DNA of 16,542 nt from Archangium sp. (GTDB lineage: Bacteria; Myxococcota; Myxococcia; Myxococcales; Myxococcaceae), in assembly GCA_031367385.1 (NCBI GenBank), contig JANLPS010000347.1, forward strand, positions 1 through 16,542. Direction: 5' to 3'. Position numbers and translations under genes: made by a program. Each line of letters begins with the position of its first letter. Position 1 is the first letter of the stretch. Positions 1-7,390 of this stretch are shown in pieces. A model generated the notes under the pieces. That model saw only the letters and a list, made by a program, of their open reading frames with translations. It searched no databases and had not been told where the DNA came from.

Positions 1-692
1 GCCGGGATGAAGTAGGCGTTGTGCTTCGCGGCGAGGGCGGCTCCGAAGGCGAGGCCGGTGTAGAGCCACCAGCGCGGCCGGGTCAGCGCTTGCCAGAAAC
101 AGTACACGACGAGCAGCCACAGCGAGGCGACCGGCACGTCGAAGCAGGCGAGGTGCGACTCGAAGAACTGCCGCGGTATCAACAGCCACATCAGCGCGGC
201 GAAGATGCCAGCGTTGCGCCCGAAGAGCGGCTTGGTCAGCAGGTAGGTCAACGGCAGAATCAGCGCCGCCAACGCGAAGGCTGGCACTCGAAACGCCGCC
301 GCCGGCCGCAGCAGGTGCAACGCCTGGTTGAAGAGCAAGAACGAGAGCCCGTACAGGTTCTTCATGCCCGCCGGGTGCTCGTGATTGTAGTCGAAGTACT
401 GGGTGATCGTGCCGTCTTTGAAGGCCTGCGACGGAGATTGAAAGAGCAGCTGAAACCAGTGCGCGTGGTTCTCAGCGGCGTAGAAGTAGAAGCTCTCGTC
501 GCGAACGAACCCGGCGGCCTGCTCGGTGATGAAGAGAATGATGAAGGCGCCGAAGAAGAGGGCGTAGGTGATGAGCTTGTCGTGGTTCGACGGGCTCACC
601 ATGAGAGTTTCTTGGCTCACCATGAGAGTTTCTTGCCTCACCATGAGAGTCCCGGGTTGTTGAGCTGGAGGTGCCGGGTCAGAGCCGCTCAT
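1..692 (-). CDS. GT-C superfamily membrane glycosyltransferase (ArnT / PMT_2, GT39/GT83-like), 3' end outside the window
   Basis: Absent from the ORF track because it has no stop in the window. My translation from ATG 692 gives MSGSDPAPPAQQPGTLMVRQETLMVSQETLMVSPSNHDKLITYALFFGAFIILF...GFVRDESFYF...YNHEHPAGMK...AFRVPAF...HLACFDVPVASLW...ALAAKHNAYFIP. It has several TM helices, the first-loop DE motif, the HP motif and the conserved R, D and K of the family. The start overlaps the upstream stop (ATGA). Confidence 0.8.
   Translation of the reverse strand, partial: MSGSDPAPPAQQPGTLMVRQETLMVSQETLMVSPSNHDKLITYALFFGAFIILFITEQAAGFVRDESFYFYAAENHAHWFQLLFQSPSQAFKDGTITQYFDYNHEHPAGMKNLYGLSFLLFNQALHLLRPAAAFRVPAFALAALILPLTYLLTKPLFGRNAGIFAALMWLLIPRQFFESHLACFDVPVASLWLLVVYCFWQALTRPRWWLYTGLAFGAALAAKHNAYFIP
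594..650. repeat. 21-bp tandem repeat, about 2.7 copies of (g/c)ctcaccatgagagtttcttg
   Basis: Units at 594-614, 615-635 and 636-650 (partial). It encodes TLMV(R/S)QE in the glycosyltransferase N-terminus. Confidence 0.95.
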
Positions 693-1600
693 GGCGCCCG
701 CCCTGAGAACCCGTAGAGCTCGAAGCAGACTTCACGGTCATTCGGGTTCGCCGCGGCCACCCACACACGCACGGTCGCTCCATCGGGAGTCGCCTGGCGC
801 TCGACCCGCTGCACGCCATCGGTGCCCGGCGGCAGGGGCAGCACCGAGGTCTGCCCATTCACTTCGAGCCCGAGGTCAGTCTGCGAAACGCCTTCGAGGT
901 GCACGGCGTGCTCCCAGATGTAGCCGCCCATCAAGACGAGTGAATCGGCCGCCGGCACGTTCTCGAACTCGGCCACCAACCGCGCCCCACCCCCGGGGGG
1001 AAAGAATCGAAGACACTTTCGCGGCTGGTACTTCAATTCGCGCCACTCGGGCAGCACCTCGCCGCCATTCGGGCACCGGTGCGACCGCCCATTCCACTGG
1101 CAGGGTACGCGAGCGCCATCGCGTTGCTCGAGGTACACCTTCGCGCTTCCGAGCGACCCGTTCGCCGAGAACCGCACCGGCCGGGCCCGCCCATTGGTGA
1201 ACAGCCGCAGCGAGAGGTTGCCGAAGCGCCGTTCGCTGCCCACCTCGGTGCGTTGAGGCCCGAAAACAGTCATCAACTCGCCCACGTTCGAGCGAGGCAG
1301 GTTCGGCTCGGCCAGCAACCAGATGCGCGGGTACAATTCGAGCGAGTCGCGATCTGACCCCAGGTAGCCGGTCACTTGCACCGACTCCGGCAGGTAGATG
1401 CGGGCCCGCTCCGTCCACCAAGGGTAGAGGAGCACCACGTCACCGGGCTGCGCCTCGAGGCTCAGCACTTGCGCCACGGCTTGGTAATCAGACTCGGCGA
1501 CGTGGGTGGTGGGCAGCCAGAGCTGAAAGACCAGGCAGGCCACGGCCACGACCGCGATCACCAGACCCTCGGCGAGGGCTGTTTTCGACACCGGGCTCAC
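689..1600 (-). CDS. N-terminally membrane-anchored periplasmic protein (303 aa); its first domain resembles the periplasmic C-terminal domain of GT-C glycosyltransferases
   Basis: GTG 1600 overlaps the carG stop (GTGA), so it is preferred to the ORF-track start at 1687. TM segment GLVIAVVAVACLVFQLWL is followed by DYQAVAQVLSLEAQPGDVVLLYPWW and a beta-rich, Cys-containing C-terminus. Confidence 0.75.
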   Translation of the reverse strand: MSPVSKTALAEGLVIAVVAVACLVFQLWLPTTHVAESDYQAVAQVLSLEAQPGDVVLLYPWWTERARIYLPESVQVTGYLGSDRDSLELYPRIWLLAEPNLPRSNVGELMTVFGPQRTEVGSERRFGNLSLRLFTNGRARPVRFSANGSLGSAKVYLEQRDGARVPCQWNGRSHRCPNGGEVLPEWRELKYQPRKCLRFFPPGGGARLVAEFENVPAADSLVLMGGYIWEHAVHLEGVSQTDLGLEVNGQTSVLPLPPGTDGVQRVERQATPDGATVRVWVAAANPNDREVCFELYGFSGRAP

Positions 1601-2109
1601 GACTTGGTCTGGCGAATTTTCTGTTCGCTCTGCTCGCGGCAGAACACGCAGAAGATCGAATCTCCGCCGGGGTACGATGGCGTCCACTGCGGGTACATCG
1701 AGCAGCGCGGGTCGAGGCAGTGGTGCAGGCCGAAGGCGTGACCAATCTCCTGCATCGCGTAGCGCGCCAACACCGGCACGTTCTCTTCGAGGTTCTTGAT
1801 GTGCGACGAGGTGACGATGGCCCGTTGCCCGTTGTACTTCGAGAGCCCGTAGGTCGGTGCCTCACCCGAGACCAACTTGCGCGCGGCCAGCTTTCGCGAG
1901 GTCAAGAACACGACCTTGTCGTCGGTGAACGCCTGCACCTTCGGCAACGCGTCGAGCAGCTTGAGCGCATCGAGCGGGTCTGAAAACCCGTTGGGCACGG
2001 TGGCTGAGCCCGAGTGCTCGGCCCCTACGCCGAAGGCCGTGTAGAGCACCTTGGTGAGCTGCTTGAGAATCGGCGGCTCGTACTCATCGAGGGTGACAAC
2101 GCGAATCAC
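1597..2109 (-). CDS. carG: CarG, zinc-binding archaemetzincin-like adaptor of CarD
   Basis: 170 aa, directly downstream of carD, with an AGGAG RBS before GTG. H/C-rich motif QEIGHAFGLHHCLDPRCSM-x15-CVFC matches the archaemetzincin/CarG pattern. Confidence 0.88.
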   Translation of the reverse strand: MIRVVTLDEYEPPILKQLTKVLYTAFGVGAEHSGSATVPNGFSDPLDALKLLDALPKVQAFTDDKVVFLTSRKLAARKLVSGEAPTYGLSKYNGQRAIVTSSHIKNLEENVPVLARYAMQEIGHAFGLHHCLDPRCSMYPQWTPSYPGGDSIFCVFCREQSEQKIRQTKS

Positions 2110-2123
2110 AGGGAGCTCCTGAC

Positions 2124-3212
2124 CTACTTCGCCTTCGGGGGACGGCCGCGTTTTTTCGCAGCGGCAGCGGCAGCGGGCGGAGCCGCGGCGGCGGGCTTGG
2201 CCTTGGCCGGGCGACCGCGTTTCTTGGCTTCGGCAGCAGCGGCGGGGGCGGGCGCTTTGACGGCCTTGGCGGCAGGCGCAGCGGCCTTGACGGCCGGGCC
2301 AGCCTTGGCGGCGGCGGCCTTCTTCTTCGGAGCCGCTACCGGAGCCTCGTCGTCGTCGTCTTTCTCGGGGGCGTCGGCGTCATCATCACCCTCATCGTCG
2401 TCGCCGTCATCGGAGTCAGACTCGTCGTCGCCCTCTTCGTCATCGTCGTCTTTGACGACCGCTTTCTTCTTCTTCGGCGCCGCCTTCTCTTTGGCGGGCT
2501 TGGCGGCCTTCTTGGGCGCCGCGGCAGCCGGAGCGGCCTCTTCGTCGCCCTCACCTGGCTCGACCGGTTCTTCAGGCTCTTCGACGGTTTCTCCATCGAG
2601 CCCGAGCAGGTCATCGCCGAGGCCGAGGCCGTCGTCGTCTCCACCGAGCTCTTTGAACTCTTCGATGCTGCGCTTGGGGCGCTCTTTGCCGACGGGGAAG
2701 AGCACGATGTCGAGCGCGTCTTCAGCGTCGCACTCGGCGCCACCCAGGGCAGCGGCGATCTCGGTCACCACCAGGTGACGGGCGTCGTTGTAGAGCTCGC
2801 GCTCTTTGGGCGGCAGCGGCCGCAGCTCTGAGAGCACCTGCAGGCCTTTGACCACCTCGGCCAGGCCGCGCAGACCGCCTTCAGACAAGCGCAAGGTGTT
2901 GTCGCGAGCGCGCTTCTTCCAGTCGAGCGAGGCCTTCTCGGAGTCGCTCTTCAAAAACTCGAAGACCCGCTTCACGTCGTCGGCGTTCGAGAGCCGGCGA
3001 ATGCCGATGCGCGCGAGCTTCTCTTGCGGTGCTTTGACCCTGGCTCCGGTCTCGACCACCTGGAGGCTGACGAAGACCAGCTTCTGGCCGGCGATTTCTT
3101 CAGTCTTGATGTCAGTGACGGTGCACAACCCCTGGTTGGGGTACACGACGCGATCGCCAACCGACAACGAAATCTGCTGGTGAGGCACTGGTACGATGGC
3201 AGGTTCGGTCAT
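2124..3212 (-). CDS. carD: Myxobacterial CarD global transcriptional regulator (CarD/CdnL/TRCF-RID N-terminal domain, acidic tracts, K/A/P-rich region, AT-hooks)
   Basis: N-terminal VGDRVVYPNQGLCTV and LDWKKRAR with the conserved Trp, D/E tracts, and two RGRP AT-hooks (KKRGRPAK, KKRGRPPK). GAGGGG RBS. Followed by carG. Confidence 0.92.
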   Translation of the reverse strand: MTEPAIVPVPHQQISLSVGDRVVYPNQGLCTVTDIKTEEIAGQKLVFVSLQVVETGARVKAPQEKLARIGIRRLSNADDVKRVFEFLKSDSEKASLDWKKRARDNTLRLSEGGLRGLAEVVKGLQVLSELRPLPPKERELYNDARHLVVTEIAAALGGAECDAEDALDIVLFPVGKERPKRSIEEFKELGGDDDGLGLGDDLLGLDGETVEEPEEPVEPGEGDEEAAPAAAAPKKAAKPAKEKAAPKKKKAVVKDDDDEEGDDESDSDDGDDDEGDDDADAPEKDDDDEAPVAAPKKKAAAAKAGPAVKAAAPAAKAVKAPAPAAAAEAKKRGRPAKAKPAAAAPPAAAAAAKKRGRPPKAK

Positions 3213-3239
3213 GTCCCCCTCGAGAAACGGGCGGGGGCA

Positions 3240-3248
3240 GACGTAGCA
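3240..3248 (-). promoter_or_regulatory. Possible extended -10 element (TGCTACGTC) for the carD operon
   Basis: TGnTAC pattern about 27 nt upstream of the carD ATG; the last hexamer position is non-consensus. Confidence 0.3.
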
Positions 3249-3294
3249 CAGTCTTTCACGGAGGGAATTGAAACCCTCCGCGGCTTTGACGGGC

Positions 3295-3450
3295 TCAGTG
3301 CGTCGAGTTCAAGCGAACGAGCATCTCATGCAAGCGCGCATCGATCGCGCGTTGCACTTCGGCATCTGAAACCTTCTTGGGCGGAGTCGCCAACGCGGCG
3401 CTGGCAACGGCAACTGCGGTGAGCACGACCAGAGCGATGAGGGTTTTCAT
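3295..3450 (-). CDS. Small secreted hypothetical protein (51 aa)
   Basis: ATG 3450 is preceded by GGAG. Signal peptide MKTLIALVVLTAVAVASAALA is followed by a short amphipathic helix. Confidence 0.65.
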   Translation of the reverse strand: MKTLIALVVLTAVAVASAALATPPKKVSDAEVQRAIDARLHEMLVRLNSTH

Positions 3451-3517
3451 GTACTCCGATGTAGACCCATTGCGGCGCTGATCAATTTTTTGGCTACAGC
3501 GCTGCACCAGCCTGTGA

Positions 3518-5701
3518 TCAGCGCTTCAGCTTGATCTCGACCACCGGGACCTCGGAGTCGAGCTCAGCCTGGGTGACGATGCTGGTGAACCAGAGGCGGG
3601 AGGCCCCGGTGATTTTGAGCGGCGTCTCGAATTGGGTGTTGAGCAACCCCAGCGTCGGGTGGCCGATGACCACGTGCGAGACCCGCTTGGCAGGCGAGCT
3701 CTGGTGCAGCACGATTTCGTAGGTCGCCTTGGGGTCGAGGCCTTGCGCGAGCACGCCCGAGGGGTCGTTGAGCTTCAAGGCAGGGCCGACGGTGTAATTC
3801 TTGGTGCGGCTTTTGGCCATTTGCACCAGCAGGGTGCGCGGCTTGGTCTCTTCGGGGCCTGCGCCTCCCAGCAGCACGGAGGGTATTCGGTAGGCGAACA
3901 GCTTCGAGCTGCCGCTGATCACCACAGGCATCTGGCCCAATGCTCCGGCCTGCGAGCCTGCGGTGTTGAGCACGTAGAAGCCCCACCCGAGGGTCGGCCC
4001 CTTGTTGAGCGAGACCGAGTAGGTGCGGCGCGGGTCGAGGGGCAGGCTGCCGGCTCCGGCTGAATCGAGCTCGATGTGGTGGCGAATGGGGTCGAGCTCG
4101 AAGCGTGAGGTCGGCCAGGTCACCACGTCAGGCGGAGGCTCTTTGAGTTTGAGCGTCGGCGCGACGACGACCGGCGCGGGAGGGGGCCGCGGGGGCTGGG
4201 CCGCTCGCGAGAGGCTCTGGAGCTGCGCGTCGATCTCGAGGTGCTGGCCGCCTTTGAGCGGCACGTCGTTGACCCAGGTCAGGAAGCCGGGCGATGACAC
4301 CTCGACGCGGTACGCTCTGCCGCTGCGCAGGTTGGGTATCTGCACCGGAGTGGCCTGCGCCAAGCGTTGACCGTCGATCACCACCATCGCGCCCAACGGC
4401 GTCGAGTGAATGTCGATGGTGCCGTGGGTCAGCTTGATCACCAAAAACACGCCCAAGAAACCGAACAGCGCGGCGGCGACTCCGAAGGCGATGGTCTTGC
4501 GAATCGCCGCGGGCGACCGGGCAGGGCGTGGAGCGCGAACCGCGGGCACGTCGCCCAGCGAGACGGTGGGCGGCAGCTGCAACGGCCGGGTCTCGACGTG
4601 ATCATCTTCGTCGCTGGGCTGACCCATGTGCGCCATCTCGGTGGGCGCTTCGCCATCAGGCTCGGGGTCAGACTCATCGACCCACCCGGCGTCGTCATGG
4701 TCGACCGGGTTGGGCGTCTTCTTCCAGCGTGCGACGCGCTCGACGAATTCGCGGGGGAGCTTGACTGGCCGGCCTTCACGAACGAGCTCTTCTTCGAAGA
4801 GTAGCTGCAAGAGGTTGCTCAGCTGGCTCGAGTTGAAGCTGGGGTACTGCGCCGACAAGAAGGTCGACAGGTCGTGCTGAAACGCCTCGGCGGTCTGGTA
4901 GCGGTCGGTCTTCTCGAGGGCCATCGCCTTGAGCACGATGCGCTCGAGCTCGACGGGCAGCTCGGGGTTGCGCTCGCGCGGCCGGGGAAAATCGCCCTTC
5001 GCGATGCGGGTCATCACGTCGTACATCGAGCCTTGGTAGGGCAGCTCGCCGGTGAGCATTTCGTAGAGCACGATGCCGGCTGATGAGACGTCGGTGCGGG
5101 CGTCGATCTCTTTGTTTCGGGCCTGCTCGGGCGCGAAGTAGGCGTACTTGCCCTTGACGCCCTTCGACTCGGCCTGATCACGCCCGGCGTTGCGCGCGCG
5201 CGAGATGCCGAAGTCGACCAGTTTGATCTGCCCCTCGAAGCTGATCAGAACGTTCTGCGGGCTGACATCGCGGTGCACGATCTTGAGCGGGCGGCCCTGT
5301 TCATCGAGCCGGGTGTGCGCGTAGTGCAGGCCCTTGAGCACTTCGGTGGCGATGAACGAGGCGAACTCGATGGGCAAGCGGTGAATGCCGAGCGCTTTCG
5401 CGCGCTTGAGTACCTTCGAGAGCGGGGGCCCGTCGACCAGCTCCATCGCGAGAAAGTAGTCGCCGTCGATGTCACCGAAGTCGAAGACCTGCGCGATGTT
5501 GCCGTGCGAGAGGCCGATGGCGATGCGCGCCTCGTTGATGAACATGGCGATGAAAGCCTTGTTCGCCGCGTAATGCGGGAGGATCTTCTTGATCACCACC
5601 TGCTTGGTGACGCCGGGGGCCGGTGCGTAACGGGCCTTGAAGATCTCGGCCATGCCGCCCGCAGCGATGCGATCGATGAGCTCGTATTTACCGAAAGGCA
5701 T
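3518..5701 (-). CDS. Membrane Hanks-type Ser/Thr protein kinase with PEGA domain and a duplicated C-terminal domain (about 727 aa)
   Basis: FGKYELIDRIAAGGMAEIF, VVIKKI, HRDVSPQN, DFG, YFAPEQ and LYEMLTG motifs; TM helix IAFGVAAALFGFLGVFLVI; PEGA signature IHSTPLGAMVVIDG...TP...YRVEVSSPGFLTW. Start at ATG 5701 (TTG 5725 possible), not 6157. Confidence 0.93.
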   Translation of the reverse strand: MPFGKYELIDRIAAGGMAEIFKARYAPAPGVTKQVVIKKILPHYAANKAFIAMFINEARIAIGLSHGNIAQVFDFGDIDGDYFLAMELVDGPPLSKVLKRAKALGIHRLPIEFASFIATEVLKGLHYAHTRLDEQGRPLKIVHRDVSPQNVLISFEGQIKLVDFGISRARNAGRDQAESKGVKGKYAYFAPEQARNKEIDARTDVSSAGIVLYEMLTGELPYQGSMYDVMTRIAKGDFPRPRERNPELPVELERIVLKAMALEKTDRYQTAEAFQHDLSTFLSAQYPSFNSSQLSNLLQLLFEEELVREGRPVKLPREFVERVARWKKTPNPVDHDDAGWVDESDPEPDGEAPTEMAHMGQPSDEDDHVETRPLQLPPTVSLGDVPAVRAPRPARSPAAIRKTIAFGVAAALFGFLGVFLVIKLTHGTIDIHSTPLGAMVVIDGQRLAQATPVQIPNLRSGRAYRVEVSSPGFLTWVNDVPLKGGQHLEIDAQLQSLSRAAQPPRPPPAPVVVAPTLKLKEPPPDVVTWPTSRFELDPIRHHIELDSAGAGSLPLDPRRTYSVSLNKGPTLGWGFYVLNTAGSQAGALGQMPVVISGSSKLFAYRIPSVLLGGAGPEETKPRTLLVQMAKSRTKNYTVGPALKLNDPSGVLAQGLDPKATYEIVLHQSSPAKRVSHVVIGHPTLGLLNTQFETPLKITGASRLWFTSIVTQAELDSEVPVVEIKLKR

Positions 5702-5755
5702 CGAGTTTGAAGACGCGGGTGACAACGGTTTGGCCGCAGAGAAGAAGGCGGCGGC

Positions 5756-5764
5756 ACGGTACCA
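5756..5764 (-). promoter_or_regulatory. Extended -10 element TGGTACCGT upstream of the kinase
   Basis: Matches TGnTAnnnT, about 55 nt upstream of ATG 5701, and supports the shorter start. Confidence 0.4.
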
Positions 5765-5957
5765 CGCCCCGTGCGGCGACAACGCTTTTTGCTCGGCACC
5801 CAGAAGGTCGCCAACCCCGCGATTCTGTTCTTGGCCCATGGTGCGAGTCTCTGAACACGCCACCTGCTCGCGCAGTGCAGCTGGGCACGCGTGCGACAGG
5901 TCGCTGCACCGAGCGCGACAGATCAGCTCGACGGCTTCGAGGTGGTACGAAGCCCTG

Positions 5958-6395
5958 GTGCGACGTTCGGGTCTCGAGTGGCTGGTGGGGTTCAGCGTTG
6001 TGTGCGCGGCCGCGGCCTCCGCGAACCCTGCGATTCTGCTCTTTCCCTCCATTGGCACCACCACGCAGGTGACGGTTCGGGGCCGGGTCTTGCGAGAGGC
6101 ACCGACCCGCGGCAGCTCGACCATGTCGAAGAACATGCGGTTGCTGGCGGGCGACACCTGGGAAGTGGTGCTGGTCGGAGATTCGGGCGAGCGCGACCCC
6201 GAGGTGTACGCGCAGATTCAGGCCGAATTTCCCGACCGGGTGCTCGCGACGTACATTCACGACGTCGGGCGCTCTCAAGACCCGAAGCGGTTTCGAAACA
6301 TGATGCTGTTCAAGTCGGCCTTCGAGGCCGGGGCTGACTCGGTCGGTCGCGGCCTCGCTGCTCCAGAGTGCCTGAAAGCGTGGCTTCACCCATGA
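5958..6395 (+). CDS. Secreted App1-family (DUF2183, phosphatidate phosphatase-like) protein with a large in-frame internal deletion (145 aa), probably inactive
   Basis: Signal peptide MRRSGLEWLVGFSVVCAAAASA, N-terminal VTVRGRVL and C-terminal LVGDSGERDPEVY...FPDRVLATYIHDV of the App1 family are present. The HAD DxDDT motif and central core are absent. Confidence 0.75.
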   Translation: MRRSGLEWLVGFSVVCAAAASANPAILLFPSIGTTTQVTVRGRVLREAPTRGSSTMSKNMRLLAGDTWEVVLVGDSGERDPEVYAQIQAEFPDRVLATYIHDVGRSQDPKRFRNMMLFKSAFEAGADSVGRGLAAPECLKAWLHP

Positions 6396-7147
6396 GACGA
6401 ATGTGTGTGTTGGTGCTGTTGTCGGCGTGCCCTGCGTCGAAGTCTGCCGTCGTCGATGCGGGCGCGAAGGCGATGGTCGCGAAGCTCGAGCCGCTGGCTC
6501 CGGTCGGGTTGGCGCAAGACGATGGTGGGGTTGAACAGTACTTCAAGATCAAGCCCCTGGTGCCGCTGGGGCCGGCGGTGCTCGACGACGTGGTGAAGGT
6601 GACCATCGATGGCGAGAAAAACGACTGGGACGGCCTCGCCAAGCGCGTGCTGCTCGTACCGGTGGAGGACACCTACCTCGCGCAGGCTTCAGCGTTGTTG
6701 GCCAGGCTCGATGACGCCGGGGCCGATGTATGGCTCAAGCACCCCGATGCGAACATCGCGTTTGGCTTGCAGCTTCGCGATGAGCCGGCCTTTCAGGCGT
6801 GGATCGATGAGCCCGTCGCGGGGAAATTGCGGGTCATTCACCGCGCCGATGGGTTCGAATTGCAGACCAATTTGGGCAAGTTGCCAGGGCCCGACATCAA
6901 CGGGCCGACCGTGCCAGTGCGAGGGGGGAAGATGGACCTGACGACCCTGCAGCGGGGCTTCGAGAAGATCTCGGGGCGCTTCAAGGCGGCTCCCGATGTG
7001 TGCTTCGTGCCGTCGTTCGGCATGGCGCTCAATGACACCGCGCGCGCGATGGCGGCGAACTTCACTGAGCCGACCAAGGCCTATTTCACGACGACGTGCT
7101 TCGTGTACCCCAGGCCTCGAGAGCGCGTCGTCGATGGCGGCCACTGA
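6392..7147 (+). CDS. Lipoprotein (251 aa) with possible ExbD/TolR-like periplasmic domains
   Basis: ATG 6392 overlaps the upstream stop (ATGA). Lipobox MRRMCVLVLLSA-C. The domain call is pattern-level inference. Confidence 0.75.
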   Translation: MRRMCVLVLLSACPASKSAVVDAGAKAMVAKLEPLAPVGLAQDDGGVEQYFKIKPLVPLGPAVLDDVVKVTIDGEKNDWDGLAKRVLLVPVEDTYLAQASALLARLDDAGADVWLKHPDANIAFGLQLRDEPAFQAWIDEPVAGKLRVIHRADGFELQTNLGKLPGPDINGPTVPVRGGKMDLTTLQRGFEKISGRFKAAPDVCFVPSFGMALNDTARAMAANFTEPTKAYFTTTCFVYPRPRERVVDGGH

Positions 7148-7159
7148 CTGCCGCCTGCG

Positions 7160-7390
7160 CTACTTGTTCTGGCCCTTGTGCTTGCCGCGGTTGCCCTTCG
7201 ACTCGACGTAGACGGTGCGTTGCTCCACGACGACTCGGGCGGGAGCGGGCTGGACGACGACGGGAGCAGGCACCACCACCTGCACGCTCGGCATCGGCGG
7301 AGCGGGAAGACGAACCGTCACGCTCTGCGCGAGCGCGGGGAGGGCAGCGACGAGCACAGCGACGACGAGAAAGCGAGTGATGCGAGACAT
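7160..7390 (-). CDS. Small secreted Pro/Val-rich protein with basic tail (76 aa)
   Basis: AGGAG RBS; signal peptide ending in ALA; body VVVPAPVVVQPAPARVVV; tail KGNRGKHKGQNK. Confidence 0.75.
   Translation of the reverse strand: MSRITRFLVVAVLVAALPALAQSVTVRLPAPPMPSVQVVVPAPVVVQPAPARVVVEQRTVYVESKGNRGKHKGQNK

Noticed and set aside
594..650. Possible mini-CRISPR array
   Set aside because: The units are head-to-tail with no spacers, lie in a coding frame, and no cas genes are present.
21..716. 231-aa plus-strand ORF with HHESFL repeats
   Set aside because: It is the shadow of the minus-strand glycosyltransferase; the His repeats are just the antisense reading of the 21-bp repeat.
1597..2109. Active archaemetzincin (M54) protease
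   Set aside because: The first zinc His is Gln, and the position directly after an AT-hook CarD identifies it as CarG.
2014..2778. 254-aa Ala/Ser-rich plus-strand ORF
   Set aside because: Antisense of the low-complexity CarD tail.
3462..3491. ECF-sigma-like promoter (AAAAAATTGATC...GTCTA, minus strand) before the 51-aa gene
   Set aside because: The spacing between candidate -35 and -10 does not fit the ECF consensus sequences I know; single weak instance.
5831..5914. Sigma-54-like TGGC...TGC and an imperfect stem-loop (5866-5914) in the divergent intergenic region
   Set aside because: GG-to-GC spacing is 8 rather than 10; the stem is unremarkable at this GC content and matches no RNA family I recognise.
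5702..6157. 152-aa N-terminal extension of the kinase (879-aa ORF) and the reciprocal 5637-5957 extension of the App1 ORF
   Set aside because: These are antisense read-through in high-GC DNA. Kinase homology starts at FGKYEL, the App1 signal peptide starts at 5958, and -10-like boxes sit before the shorter starts.
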